Part shown: positions 26,313 to 37,431 of the stretch, piece after piece
How positions within the stretch are numbered: the first letter of the stretch is position 1
Layout: each line of letters starts with the position of its first letter
NCBI GenBank assembly: GCA_963735055.1
Contig: CAVTJN010000004.1
Coordinates: forward strand, 152,914-216,913
Direction of reading: 5' to 3'
Source: an uncultured Chloroflexia bacterium
Lineage (GTDB): Bacteria > Chloroflexota > Dehalococcoidia > Dehalococcoidales > UBA2162
DNA: 64,000 bases
Made by a program: the position numbers and the translations under genes
The notes under the pieces: generated by a model
The model's input: only the letters and a program-made list of their open reading frames with translations
What the model was told of the DNA's origin: nothing
Database searches by the model: none

Positions 26313-27929
26313 ATGAAAAGACAGTTTGACGGGCTCGGCAAAGAGAGATTTGACCTGGTGGTGATCGGGGGTGGGGTGATCGGCACGGGCGTAGCCCGAG
26401 ACGCGGCCATGCGCGGGGTGAAGACGCTGCTGGTGGAAAAAGAGGATTTCGGCTACGGCACGACATCCCGATCGACGCGGCTGATTCACGGCGGCCTGCG
26501 CTACCTGAGCCATTTTGATTTCAAGCTGGTCCGGCAGGACCTGCGGGAACGAGAGATACTGCTGAGGATCGCCCCCAACCTGGTCAAGCCACTACCTTTC
26601 CTGCTGCCGCTGACCGGCCAGTCGCAGCGGTTGGTGATGGCCGCCGGAATGCGTCTGTACGACGTCCTGGCATACGACAAGAGCGTGCCGTCGTACCATC
26701 ACTTCTCAAGGCGACGCACGCTGGAGATGGAGCCGGGACTCAGTCTGGAGGGTTTAAAAGGAGCCTACCAATTCTACGACGCCCAGGTATCTCTACCGGA
26801 GCGGCTGTGCGTGGACAATGCGATTTCGGCCACAGCGTCCGGGGCGGTCATGGTCAACCACGCCGAGGTCACGGGCATCGGCATGACCGGAAACGCGGTG
26901 GACAAGGTACGCCTCAAGGACGGGTTGTCCCGGGCGACCTGCGAAGTGGAGACCCGGGCGGTCGTGAACGTGACCGGCCACTGGGCAAACGGCGTGATGC
27001 GAATGGTGATCCCCAATCCGAAGAACGAGATCAGGACGACGATGGGCGTGCACCTGGTCACACCGAAGATTTCGAACAACGCACTGGTACTGTTCGCAAA
27101 AAGCGATGGCCGCCTCATCTTCATCATCCCCTGGCAGGGGTACTCGCTGATCGGCACGACGGACACCGAATACTCCGGTGACCGGGAATACATCGCCGCC
27201 GAGGCCGACCATGTGCGTTACCTGCTGGGCGAAGCGAAAAACGCCTTCCCTAAGCTGCGGGCGGAGGACGTGTTCTATGCCTTCGCCGGCCTGCGTTCGC
27301 TGGTGGGTCCGAGCGGGCAAAAGGTGTCGAACATCTCCCGGTCCCACAAGCTGGTAGACCACGAGACTACCGATTCGGTGGGCGGCTTCTACTCGATCCT
27401 GGGCGGCAAGATGACCGGCTACCGCTCGATCGCCGCGGAGGCGGTCGACCTGATCGGCAGGAAACTGGGGGTGACGGCGGAATGCAAGACGGCCGAAACG
27501 CCCCTCCCCGGCGCCCCGGGGTTTGACGCCGAAGCGCTGGAGAAGATGGGCGCGGAAAGCGGGCTGCCCAAGGACACGATGGACCATCTCAACGCCAGCT
27601 ACGGGTCGCGTCTCGGAGAGGTACTGCAACTGGCGGCGGCCGATGCCCATGGAAAAGACCGGGTGTGCCCCCATTCGCCGGACATCGTCGCGGAGATCTG
27701 GCATGCGGTGAACGAGGAGGCCTGCCTGACGGTGAGCGATTTTCTGCTGCGGCGCGGCGCCACCGGCCTGGCGTCATGCCAGGGCCTTGATGCCGTCGAA
27801 GTGGTGGCGGTGGAGATGGGGCGGCTGCTGGGCTGGAGCATCGGGGAGTGGCAGCAGCAAACCGAAACCTACCGCTCGTTTGTGGCGGCGAGCACGCAGT
27901 TCAAGCGGGTGTTGTTTGCGAAGACGTAG
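26313..27929 (+). CDS. FAD-dependent glycerol-3-phosphate dehydrogenase
   Basis: 'DLVVIGGGVIGTGVARDAAMRG' dinucleotide fold, 'TSRSTRLIHGGLRYL'. Located directly after glpK. Confidence 0.9.
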   Translation: MKRQFDGLGKERFDLVVIGGGVIGTGVARDAAMRGVKTLLVEKEDFGYGTTSRSTRLIHGGLRYLSHFDFKLVRQDLREREILLRIAPNLVKPLPFLLPLTGQSQRLVMAAGMRLYDVLAYDKSVPSYHHFSRRRTLEMEPGLSLEGLKGAYQFYDAQVSLPERLCVDNAISATASGAVMVNHAEVTGIGMTGNAVDKVRLKDGLSRATCEVETRAVVNVTGHWANGVMRMVIPNPKNEIRTTMGVHLVTPKISNNALVLFAKSDGRLIFIIPWQGYSLIGTTDTEYSGDREYIAAEADHVRYLLGEAKNAFPKLRAEDVFYAFAGLRSLVGPSGQKVSNISRSHKLVDHETTDSVGGFYSILGGKMTGYRSIAAEAVDLIGRKLGVTAECKTAETPLPGAPGFDAEALEKMGAESGLPKDTMDHLNASYGSRLGEVLQLAAADAHGKDRVCPHSPDIVAEIWHAVNEEACLTVSDFLLRRGATGLASCQGLDAVEVVAVEMGRLLGWSIGEWQQQTETYRSFVAASTQFKRVLFAKT

Positions 27930-27964
27930 GGGGAAGCGGGGGACTTCACCAGCGGCCACAGAAC

Positions 27965-28062
27965 GGATTGCTTCGCCTCCTTCCACCGAAGGTGGCTCGC
28001 AAAGACAAGTCGAGGGGCGGGGCATTACTCAGGACCGGGGATTCGGATTGCTTCGTCGTTCA
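27965..28062. repeat. two units of the GGATTGCTTCG... dispersed repeat family
   Basis: GGATTGCTTCGCC at 27965 and ATTCGGATTGCTTCGTCG at 28041-28058. The latter 18-mer is identical to 42235-42252. Located between convergent gene ends. Confidence 0.55.
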
Positions 28063-28063
28063 A

Positions 28064-29634
28064 CTACCCCATTGTGTAGGCGCTGCGGATAACCTCGGAA
28101 GGGGTGGTGACTCCGGCTTTTACTTTCCTCATCCCGTCTTTCATGAGCGACACCATGCCCTCTTTGACGGCCAGATGTTTGATCTCAGTACTGCTGGCCC
28201 GGTTGGTGATCAGCATGCGGATGGCGTCGGTCATCGACAGAATCTCGAATATGCCGGTCCGGCCCAGGTAACCGGTGTAGGCACACGACTTGCAGCCCGT
28301 ACCGTACATGAACCGGGCCTGCTTTTCTCCAATTTCCTGTTCGTAAGCCATCTGCTCCATGGACGGCGCTTCGATCAACTGAGCACAGTCCGGACAGATG
28401 CGCCGGACCATGCGCTGGGCGACGATGCCGATCATGCACGACGCGATCAAGAAGTTCTCGATATTCAGGTCGAGCATCCGGAACAGGACGCCGACCGTGT
28501 CATTGGCGTGGATGGAGGACAGCATCAGATGTCCGGTCAAGGCAGCCTGGACAGCGATGTTGGCCGTCTCGCTGTCGCGGATCTCGCCCACCAGTATCAC
28601 GTCGGGGTCGAGACGCAGTATCGACCGCAGGCCGGAGGCGAAGGTGATGCCCGCCAGGTTGTTGACCTGGATCTGGTTAATGTCCTTGAAGCGGTACTCA
28701 GCGGGGTCTTCAATGGTGACGATGTTCCGTCCCATCTTGTCCAGCGAGTTGACCGAACCGTAAAGGGTAGTGGTCTTGCCGGCGCCGGTAGGGCCCGATA
28801 TCAGGATCATCCCATGCGGCACCTTGAGCATCTCTTTGTACTTGGCCAGACCGCTGTCCAGCATGCCCAGTTCGGACAGTTCAATCACTGCCAGGGACTT
28901 GTCAAGGATCCTGAGGACCGCCATTTCCCCCCAGACGGTGGGGGCGACGGCGACGCGGATATCGATCTCCCGGCCTTTGGCCACGGCGGTGAACTGGCCG
29001 TCCTGGGGACGCTGGCGTTCGGCGATATTCAACTCCGAAAGTATCTTGATCCTTGAAATCAGGGACCTCCGCACGCTCATGGGCAGGGACATCATGTCCT
29101 GGAGAATGCCGTCGATCCGGTAGCGGACGCGGAGGCGGTCGTCCTCCGGTTCAATATGAATATCGGAAGCACGCGCCTTTACCGCTTCTTCGACGATCAG
29201 GGTGAGGGCCTGGGTAAGCGGGCTGTCGAGGGTGGCGCTGATGGCGGGGCTGTCGTCGGTGGAATCTTCGGAAGCGGAAATGCGGGAAATCGTTTTCTCG
29301 ATCTCGCCGTAACCCTTGTAGCTGAAATCGATCGCTTCCCGCACCTCGCGGGCAGCCGGCCGACACCGGGACGATCCGCATCTTGCTCTGGGCAGCGAAG
29401 GCCTCCAGGGCAAAGATATCGGTAGTGTCCGCCATGGCCACCTGCAACGAGTTCCCGACCACCGACATCGGCACTGCGTTGTAGCGCCGCGCCATGACTT
29501 CGGGAATCAGCGCCAGGGCCTCCGCGCGTGATCATTTGCCGGAGCGGTCTGCCGGCAGACTTGACATCATTCTTCTTGTCGGCGGGCTTGGCAACGGGTA
29601 CTCCGGTGATGACGGCAGCAGCGAGTCTGGCCAT
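28064..29634 (-). pseudogene. GspE/PilB-family type II/IV secretion ATPase, interrupted by two frameshifts (or assembly errors)
   Basis: Walker A 'SGPTGAGKTTTL'; 'DIHIEP', 'RYRIDG'. The T2SSE_N-like N-terminus 'ALIPEVMARRYNAVPM...VAMADTTDIFALEAF' lies in a second frame (ORF 29151..29495) and the first ~37 aa in a third (ORF 29197..29652). Shifts at ~29521-29531 and ~29354-29362. Confidence 0.75.
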
Positions 29635-29638
29635 CCGG

Positions 29639-30370
29639 CTATCGTTTTCCAAGGACGCGAATACGCTGGTGGAGCGCGAATTGCCGGGCTTGAGAAGTAA
29701 GAGTCGGAGAGACGACTATCACCTTGTCATCAACCCCGCAGTCGTAGGCCTTGGTGTCAAAGAGCGCCACTTCGCTCAGGCCAACTTCAGTGGCGGAATG
29801 CAGGAAATCTACCCCGAGGAGCCGGCTGACCTGTCCGCCTTCAACCCGGGCCAGGATATCGAAGGAGTAGACCACCCCGGACCTTCCGGTCAGCCTGCCG
29901 CCTTCCTGGACCCTGTAACCGCGCGCCGCCAGCGATTCAGCCAACTCGGCCGACGTCTCAAATTTAAGGGGCGGCAAGGACCTGGGCGGGTTCTTCTCTT
30001 TAACGGTGAGAAGCGATCCGATGGTTTCGCGATCAATCACCATGATACGCTGCTTGCCGGCCAGTTGCTTCGACTTCTCGTCGAAACCGGGTACCGCGAT
30101 GAGGAGCCGGTTATTGATGCCGGCGTCAAAGGCGCGGTTGGCCAGGTCGAATATTACGCCCGCCTGGGCGTTTGGCTCACACCCAGCGGCGATGCCGACG
30201 GCCAGCCGATGGGTGGACAGGCCGTCGTTCTTCTCCGCCAGCATGTCGAAGGAATGCCTGATGCCGGACTTGCCCACGAGGCCGGCATGCTCGTTGACTT
30301 GATAACCCTGCCGTTGCAGATACTCTCTGAGTTCACCCCGGAGCTCAGGAACGACATCAGTCGGCGCCAC
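29639..30370 (-). CDS. hypothetical protein with internal tandem duplication (2 x ~110 aa)
   Basis: 'ELREYLQRQGYQVNEHAGLVGKSGIRHSFDMLA' vs 'ELAESLAARGYRVQEGGRLTGRSGVVYSFDILA' (17/33 identical). GTG start after GGAAGGAG. Stop lies 4 nt before the pilB-like start. Confidence 0.6.
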   Translation of the reverse strand: MAPTDVVPELRGELREYLQRQGYQVNEHAGLVGKSGIRHSFDMLAEKNDGLSTHRLAVGIAAGCEPNAQAGVIFDLANRAFDAGINNRLLIAVPGFDEKSKQLAGKQRIMVIDRETIGSLLTVKEKNPPRSLPPLKFETSAELAESLAARGYRVQEGGRLTGRSGVVYSFDILARVEGGQVSRLLGVDFLHSATEVGLSEVALFDTKAYDCGVDDKVIVVSPTLTSQARQFALHQRIRVLGKR

Positions 30371-30423
30371 TGTTCGGTCTCCTTCCGTTACCCGGACGGG
30401 CTGCGTTGTCTACATGGGGTGGG

Positions 30424-31734
30424 TCATATCAACGAGATCCAATCATGTCCCGTCTGGCACCATGCAGTTAGATCGATACACCGCGGGGTCGTGGCGCTGT
30501 CACAACCCTCAGTGATCGCCCGCAACCGGGCGAGCAAGGGCGGATGAGAGTAATTGAGGAAGACGTAGAAGGGGTGGGGAGTCAGGTTCGACAGATTATC
30601 GGTGGACAGCCGCTTGAGGGCCCCGATCAGACTGGCGGGGTCTCCGGTGGTGGCCGCGGCGAAGCGGTCGGCTTCGTATTCATTGCGCCGTGACAACGCA
30701 TTCAGCGCAATCGACAGCAACAATTCGACCGGCGTGTAAAGCAGACCAAAGAACAACAACCCGGTATAGACCGAAGGTTGACCAAGCCGGAAGGCCTGGT
30801 AGAGGCCGGGACTACCCAGGAACACCGAAAGCAGGAAGAAAAGGATTCCGGAATGCAGGATACCGATGACCATGCCCTGGAGGATGTGTTTACGCTTGTA
30901 GTGGCCGATCTCGTGGGCCAGGACGCCGACGATCTCGGGGGTGGTGTGGCGGTGGACGAGGGTGTCGAACAAGGCAATCCGCTTGTTGCGGCCCAAGCCG
31001 GTAAAATAGGCGTTGGACCGGGTGGAACGCCGGGAGGAATCGATAACAAACAGGTTGGAAACGGGAAACCGGACGCGTGACGCGTACTCGAGAATGGCAC
31101 TACGGAGATCGCCCTCGGGGAGGGGTTTGAACTTGTTGAACAGCGGCATGATCCAGGCCGGAGCCACGAACTGGATGGCAAGCGAAACGAGGCTGACGGA
31201 CAGCCACACCCAGACCCAGGCGACCGGACCGGCATGCTCGAAGAGCAAAATGACGGCGGCAAGGAGAGGGGCGCCCAGTATCAAGGCCAGTCCCAGCCCC
31301 TTGAGGCGGTCGACGACAAAGAGGCGGGGGGTGGTGCGGTTGAAACCGAAGCGCTGCTCGATGCCAAAGGTGTGGTAGATGTTGAAGGGCAGGGTGAGCA
31401 CGCTGTAGGCGCCGAGCAGCAACCCGATGTAGACAAGGCCGGTGACGGGCGAGGGTAAACCCCAACCCCGCACCAGGACATCGGCAAAACGGAAGCCGCC
31501 GGCGAACCAGAAGACCAGCGTCACCGCCAGGGCGAACGTGCTGGAAACAAAGCCGAGACGGGTAGCCGCCCGGGTATACTGCTGGGAGCGGCGATAGTCC
31601 GCCGCCTGGTACATGCCCTGGAGCGGCGGCGGCACGTCCGTGCCGAGCCGGTTCAAATTCAGCAGGTTGGCAACCAGGCCGAGCAGGTAGTCCGCTATCA
31701 AGGCGGCCAGTATGACGACAGCGAAGACGTTCAA
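30424..31734 (-). CDS. M48-family zinc metallopeptidase (Ste24/HtpX-like, multi-TM)
   Basis: 'HEIGHYKRKH' HExxH, several TM helices, 'EYEADRFA'. Start taken as TTG 31734, forming a TTGA overlap with the ligD stop. Confidence 0.8.
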   Translation of the reverse strand: MNVFAVVILAALIADYLLGLVANLLNLNRLGTDVPPPLQGMYQAADYRRSQQYTRAATRLGFVSSTFALAVTLVFWFAGGFRFADVLVRGWGLPSPVTGLVYIGLLLGAYSVLTLPFNIYHTFGIEQRFGFNRTTPRLFVVDRLKGLGLALILGAPLLAAVILLFEHAGPVAWVWVWLSVSLVSLAIQFVAPAWIMPLFNKFKPLPEGDLRSAILEYASRVRFPVSNLFVIDSSRRSTRSNAYFTGLGRNKRIALFDTLVHRHTTPEIVGVLAHEIGHYKRKHILQGMVIGILHSGILFFLLSVFLGSPGLYQAFRLGQPSVYTGLLFFGLLYTPVELLLSIALNALSRRNEYEADRFAAATTGDPASLIGALKRLSTDNLSNLTPHPFYVFLNYSHPPLLARLRAITEGCDSATTPRCIDLTAWCQTGHDWISLI

Positions 31735-34506
31735 GGGGTCCCCTTCGCCAGCAGGTCGCCCAGATCCCGTTTGGCGCCGAGGATATCCTTCCACAGGTCG
31801 CCGCGTTCCGCCAGCAGGCCAGGCACGGTCAACATGGTGAAGTCACCCGGGTAAACGCTGCCCAGCTCCTCCCAACGCAGGGGAAACGACACGGGGGCGC
31901 CAGGGGCGGGGCGGGGCGAATAGATTGACGCCAGCGTCTTGCCCCGCACGTTCTGGGCGTAGTCGATGAACACCTTGCCGGTCCGCTTTTCGGTGGCCCA
32001 CTCCATGGTGATGTCCCGGGGATGCCGCTGCATCAGGAATTGACCGATGGTCTCGGCGGCGCGCCGGGCCGACCCGAATTCCAGATTGCGGACCACGGGC
32101 AGATAGACGTGCAGCCCGGTCTTCCCGGAGGTCTTCACGAAGGCGGTCAAGGACAGCCCGTCCAGGACCTCCTTCAACCACGAGGCCACCTCGCACACGC
32201 GGTTAAAGGCAGCCCGGTTCAACTCGGGCTCGTCACCGGCCTTCTCCTTCCCCGAGTAGATATAGGGATCAAGGTCAAAGACGATGAAGTCGGGATAGTC
32301 CAGCGGAGCGCCGGCGCCGGCCGCCCGGTCATTCATCTCCGGATCGCGGCCGGTCCGCGAGTACCAGGTGTGAAACTCAATGTCGGCCACCTGGCCCAGC
32401 CACATCAGGGTAGCCAGATTGTCACAGACAAGGTACTCGCCCTCTTTCCCGCTGTCTTCGGCAATGTTCACGGTACGCACAAACGGCGGCACCGGATGCC
32501 CCCAGTGTTTCTGCCAGAAATGCTGGCCGTGGATACCGTCCGGATAACGGCTGAGGGTGAGGGGCCGGTCTTTCAAATGCGGCAGCAAGAAGGGGGCGAC
32601 CCGGGCCAGATAGGTGAGGAAATGACGCTTGGTCAAGGGAGGATGGCCAGGAACCGCCGGCCACAGGACCTTGTCGACGTTGGTCACGTTTATGGGACTG
32701 CCGTCGACGTCGATACTGAAGCCACCCTTCCCGGCAGCCAGTTGGGCCACCAGACCGGCTCCGGCCGGAGGCGGATCCGGCGGGGCGGCCCGGTGACGGG
32801 CGCGGGGTACCTTCGGCTTGCCAACGCCTCCCTCAGGAGAACTAACGCCAGCCTCAGGCGGATCACTGCCGGTGACCACTTCGGGAGGCCCAACGCCTCC
32901 CTCAGGCCGGGTAACACCAGCGGCCGGTTTGTCATCACGCAACCGGACAAAGACGGGCGCCCGAAGGCGGCCGTCGCGAGTCCACTGGGCATACTTGACT
33001 TCGACAACAACCTCGGGACGGACCCAAACGGGGGGTGTGGGGGCGGGGGGCTCCGGGCTGAATGGAGAACGGTCACTCCGTATCCGGTCGAGCCGCTGTT
33101 TGACCTGGGACAGCGTCTCCCCAGTGAAGCCGGAGCCGACATTCCCGGCATAAACGAGTTTGTCCCGGTCATCGAGATAGCCGAGCAACAACGATCCCAG
33201 GGACCCGGCCCGATTGCCGTCGCCGGCGGTGTAACCGGCAACGATGAAGTCGCCGGTCAGCACCGATTTCACTTTGAGCCATTCCTGAGACCGCCGGCCG
33301 GACTGGTACAGGCCATCGACTTTCTTGGCGACGATGCCTTCGAGGCCGTTCTTGACCGACGCCTCAAAGACAGCCCGCCCGTCAGCTTCAAAGGACTCAA
33401 CCAGTCGGACGTTTTCGGCCTCGCGCAGGACGGCGCTCAAAAGGTCTTCCGGAGCGCGCCAGGGAACACCGGTCAAGTCGTAGCCATCCAGGAAAAGGAT
33501 ATCGAACACGTAGTAGACGACGGGGATGGCCGGTCCGCCCGGCTGTGAACCAGGCTGCAGGTACTGCTGCAATCGTTCGAAGGAGACCCGGCCGGCGGCG
33601 TCCAGGGCGACCATCTCGCCATCCAGCACCAATTCCGAGGCGGGTTGGCGGCCCAGGGCGGGCATGAGCAAAGGATACTTGCCGGTCACGCTGGCGCCGC
33701 GGCGGGACCAGAGGGTCGGGAACCCCGTGGCGAACGGCGGCGACAATGCGGTACCCGTCGAGTTTCGGCTCGAAAACCCATCCAGGGTGGGAAAACGGCG
33801 CCGCCGCCAGGCTGGCCAGCATGGGCGGCACAAAGCCGGGGAAGGGGGCGGGCCGCGCCCCCGGGGTGCCGGCCACATTCAACGACGACAGCGCCGGGGC
33901 GGTCGCCGGCGTTCCCGCTTTGACATCGGCGATGGTCCGTCCCGATAGTACCGAGCCGGCGTCATCGAGGATATCGCCGCCGGCCCGGGCGAATTCATCC
34001 TGGTGCTTGATGAGCAGCCAGTCCTTCTCCCGGCTGCGGACCTTCACCAGAGTCCACGATCCCTTCATCTTGTGCCCGCGCAGGTAGAAGCTAATCTTCC
34101 CGGCTTCGAGGCCGCGACGCATCTCCGCCTGGGCGGCAGCGCGGTCGGTGAAAAGGAACTTCCCCGACTCGTCGGGCGAATAGGTGCCGTTGTCCCAAAC
34201 GATGACCTCTCCGGCCCCATACTCGCCCGCAGGGATTATGCCCTCGAACGAGGCGTAGTCGAAGGGGTGGTCCTCAACGATGGCAGCCAGCCGTTTCTGG
34301 GCGGGATCCAGGGACGGCCCCTTGGGCACGGCCCAGCTCTTCAAGACGCCGTCGACCTCCAGCCGAAGGTCATAATGGAGCCGGCTGGCGCGGTGTTTCT
34401 GCACGACGAAGGTGAGCGGTCCGGAGCCTTCCCGCGCGGCGGCGCCAGGTTCGCCGGACTTATCCAGGTCCCGCTTGCCGAGGTACTGTTTCAGGTCGTC
34501 TGTCAT
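31731..34506 (-). pseudogene. ligD: DNA ligase D (PE-ligase-polymerase), one frameshift in the ligase domain (or assembly error)
   Basis: PE domain 'FVVQKHRASRLHYDLRLE'. Ligase 'EPKLDGYR', then the frame switches at ~33715-33720 (CCCGAC) to 'TLWSRRGASVTGKYP...VLDGEMVAL'. Pol domain 'LSRYPDGI..HFWQKH', 'FDLDP', 'KTSGKTGLHVYLP'. Confidence 0.85.
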
Positions 34507-34568
34507 CACTGCCTGAGGCTCACTATACTCTAGATTATATCCTTAACCGACTGAAGACGGATGGTGAG

Positions 34569-35464
34569 ATGAGCCGTATCTTCTTTGGCATTTCGGCGTG
34601 GGCCGACGCAGACCTATTACGCAGCGGGTTCTACCCGCCCGAGGTCGATACGCCGGCCGCCAGGCTGAAATACTACGCCGACCAAATTCTCAGTGGCGGA
34701 GGTTGATGCGACGTACCATTCCTTCGCCACGGCCCGCAACATCACCCTCTGGCTGGACAATACGCCGGCGGGATTCGTTTTCAACCTGCGGGCGTTCAGC
34801 CTGTTTACCGGACATCCCACCCCCTTCAAGGCCCTGCCCCGCAATTTCCGGGACAGGTACGGCGACCGGATCGAAAGCCGGGACAGCATCTACGCTCATC
34901 ATCTCACGGCGGAAGCGCTGGATGATCTGTGGCAAGGTTTCGGGCGAACCGCGGACACCTTCCGGGCGGCCGGCAAATTGGGGGCGGTGCTATTCCAGTT
35001 TCCGCCCTGGTTCCATCCCAACCCCGAGAACTATGAATACCTGGGCAGTTGCCGCAAGCGGCTGGCCGATTTTCCGCTGGCGGTGGAGTTCCGGGTGGGG
35101 TCATGGTTGGAGGAGAAGCACCGGGAGGAGACACTGGCGGTCCTCAAGCAGCACGGGATGGCGCTGGTGTGCGTGGATGAACCGCAGGGGCTGAAGACCA
35201 GCGTGCCGCCGCTGGCAGAGAGTCACCGCGCCGCTGGCGGTGGTCCGGTTTCACGGCAGGAACAAAGACCATTGGGAGGGGAGGGGAAATACCGCGGAAG
35301 ACCGATTCAACTATCTCTACGGGGCGGAGGAGCTGCGTGAGTGGGTGCCCCGGATACGGGAAATGGCGGCCCGGGTTGAAGCCGTGCACATCATTTTCAA
35401 GAACAAGCACGCCGACTACCCGGTACAGAACGCCCTGCAGATGAGAGGACTGCTGGGACTCTAA
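34569..35464 (+). pseudogene. DUF72 (YecE-like) family protein, two frameshifts (or assembly errors)
   Basis: 'MSRIFFGISAWADADLL...LKYYADQ' (frame 0), then 'VAEVDATYHSF...GFVFNLRAF...' (frame +1, from ~34692), then 'VTAPLAVVRFHGRN...RFNYLYG..EL..W' (frame +2, from ~35220). Confidence 0.7.
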
Positions 35465-36246
35465 CGGTGCGCCACCGCCGGCTCCTTACGAGCGGCTTTG
35501 ACGCTGGCCCGGAGGGTGGCCATGAGATCACCGATTTCTATCTTGGGCTCTTCGGGCGCGACGATCTTCTCCCCCTTGACCTTGGCATCGACGAGCTGTT
35601 TCAGGGCAGACTGATACTCGTCGCGGTACTTCTCCGGCTGGAACGGCCCAACCATGGCCTTAATGAGGGAAACCGCCATGTCCAGTTCCTCAGCCGTAAC
35701 CTCAGCCTTCGGCGGCACCAGTTGATCGGCGGGCACGATCTCGTCCTTGAAGCGAACGGTGTGCAGGGCAATCACCTCGCCGTGCGGCCGGATGCAACAG
35801 AGGTGCTCACGCCGCTGCAGAACCACCTTGGCGATACCCACGAGCCCGGTCTTGCGTAATGAATCGCTCAGAAGACGGAAAGGTTTGGCGCCCAGCTCTT
35901 CCGGTTCCAGATAGTGACTGCCAGAGTAGTAAGTGGGATCGATTTCCTTTTCGTCCACGAAACGCAGGATGTTGATGGCGTGGGCGGTCTTGAGGGGGAT
36001 CTTGCTGAAGTCCTCGTCGGTGAGGACGACATAGCGCCCCTTGATGAATTCGTACCCGCGGGCGGTCTCCTTGCGGTCGAGGTACTCGTTGTCGGTTGGG
36101 CAGTATATGACCTGCCGGGTGCGGTTCAGGCACTTCTTGTGGAGGATGTGAAAGGCGATCGCCCGCGTCTCGGTCGCCGTGTACATCTTCACCGGAATGG
36201 CCACCATCCCGAAACTGATTACCCCTTTCCAGAAAGCCCTCGGCAT
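35461..36246 (-). CDS. ku: Ku protein (NHEJ DNA end-binding)
   Basis: 'MPRAFWKGVISFGMVAIPVKMYTATE'. ATG 36246 after AGGAGG. Confidence 0.9.
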   Translation of the reverse strand: MPRAFWKGVISFGMVAIPVKMYTATETRAIAFHILHKKCLNRTRQVIYCPTDNEYLDRKETARGYEFIKGRYVVLTDEDFSKIPLKTAHAINILRFVDEKEIDPTYYSGSHYLEPEELGAKPFRLLSDSLRKTGLVGIAKVVLQRREHLCCIRPHGEVIALHTVRFKDEIVPADQLVPPKAEVTAEELDMAVSLIKAMVGPFQPEKYRDEYQSALKQLVDAKVKGEKIVAPEEPKIEIGDLMATLRASVKAARKEPAVAHR

Positions 36247-36516
36247 GGACACCTCCTGCGAACAAGTAGAATTATCAAGCTCACTACTCAATTATAGTGC
36301 CCAGTTCACCGGCGAAACAGACCAGGCGGCCGAACGGAGGGTGCAAGAGGGCAAAACAGCCAAACACGGAGCCGCAAACCGGGGAGAACAACCACAAGAC
36401 CGCACCGGCAGCCGCATTTGGACAACGGCAGACGCCACGCGGCGAGTCTGCGGATTTGACACCATAGCGCATTCTGGCTATCATGTGGGCAATCATTACG
36501 TCCCCGGGGAGTTCGA

Positions 36517-37230
36517 GTGAGACAATTTCGCATACTAGCCGTCGACGATGAGCCGAGAATTCTGAACTTCCTGGGCGCCAAGTTGCGCGCCTCAGGTTAC
36601 GAAGTGCTGACGGCGTCAAACGGGGCCGACGCGATCGAAAAAGCGCAGGCCCAGGAACCGGACCTCATCGTGCTGGATGTGGTGATGCCGAAGATGGACG
36701 GGTTCGAAACGTTCAGGGAGCTTCGGACCTTCTCGGCCGTACCGGTCATTTTCCTGAGCGCCCGGGGAGCCGACACCGACCGCATCAAGGGGCTGGGGCT
36801 GGGGGCGGATGACTATTTGCCCAAGCCCTTCAGTCCGGACGAACTGGTGGCCCGAATCGACGCGGTGAGGCGCCGGGTGGGGCCCTCCGAGAACCGCAAG
36901 GTGCACGAAAGGTACGTGTCGGGACGACTGGCGGTTGACTTCGGGAAACGGGTGGTCACGGTGGACGGGCGTGAGGTCCGGCTTACCAAGATAGAGTGGC
37001 AGCTGCTGAGCGAACTGACACAAAACGCGGGCCGCCTCATGCTCTATGAGGAGCTGCTAACCAGGGTGTGGGGCCCGGAATATCGCGATGATGTCCAACT
37101 TCTGCGCACCTGGATCAGCCGCCTCAGATCCAAGATAGAAATCGACCCCGGTCATCCCGTGATCGTGCGCACGACTCCCAAGACCGGCTACATTATCGAT
37201 GAACCGTCAGCGAACCGGCCCGCGGTCTGA
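36517..37230 (+). CDS. OmpR/PhoB-family response regulator
   Basis: Receiver 'ILAVDDE', 'DLIVLDVVMPKMDG', 'LPKPF'. Winged helix 'LTKIEWQLL...RTTPKTGY'. No cognate kinase is adjacent. Confidence 0.9.
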   Translation: MRQFRILAVDDEPRILNFLGAKLRASGYEVLTASNGADAIEKAQAQEPDLIVLDVVMPKMDGFETFRELRTFSAVPVIFLSARGADTDRIKGLGLGADDYLPKPFSPDELVARIDAVRRRVGPSENRKVHERYVSGRLAVDFGKRVVTVDGREVRLTKIEWQLLSELTQNAGRLMLYEELLTRVWGPEYRDDVQLLRTWISRLRSKIEIDPGHPVIVRTTPKTGYIIDEPSANRPAV

Positions 37231-37431
37231 CCGTCCGGGGCGCAACGGCCCTGAAGGCAAGATTTCACACTTTTGTAACTTTTTCGGCCGTCATTTTATG
37301 ACTTCTACACTACCCCTGGTCTACAATTTGGACAATAGACGGGGGGAGTACACTCATGACACTGGTCGCGACAAAGGAAACCGAATTACACGCCATGGCG
37401 ACGGTGGGAACAGAACTCGCCCAGCGAGATC

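Noticed and set aside
29151-29652. ORFs 29151..29495 and 29197..29652 (and likewise 33397..34509 vs 31731..33878, 34598..35194, 35240..35464, 37967..39460, 41876..42151) as independent genes
   Set aside because: Each carries a contiguous piece of a single recognisable protein (PilB N-domain, LigD, DUF72, OFOR alpha, FprA flavodoxin domain). They are frame fragments of interrupted genes, not separate genes.
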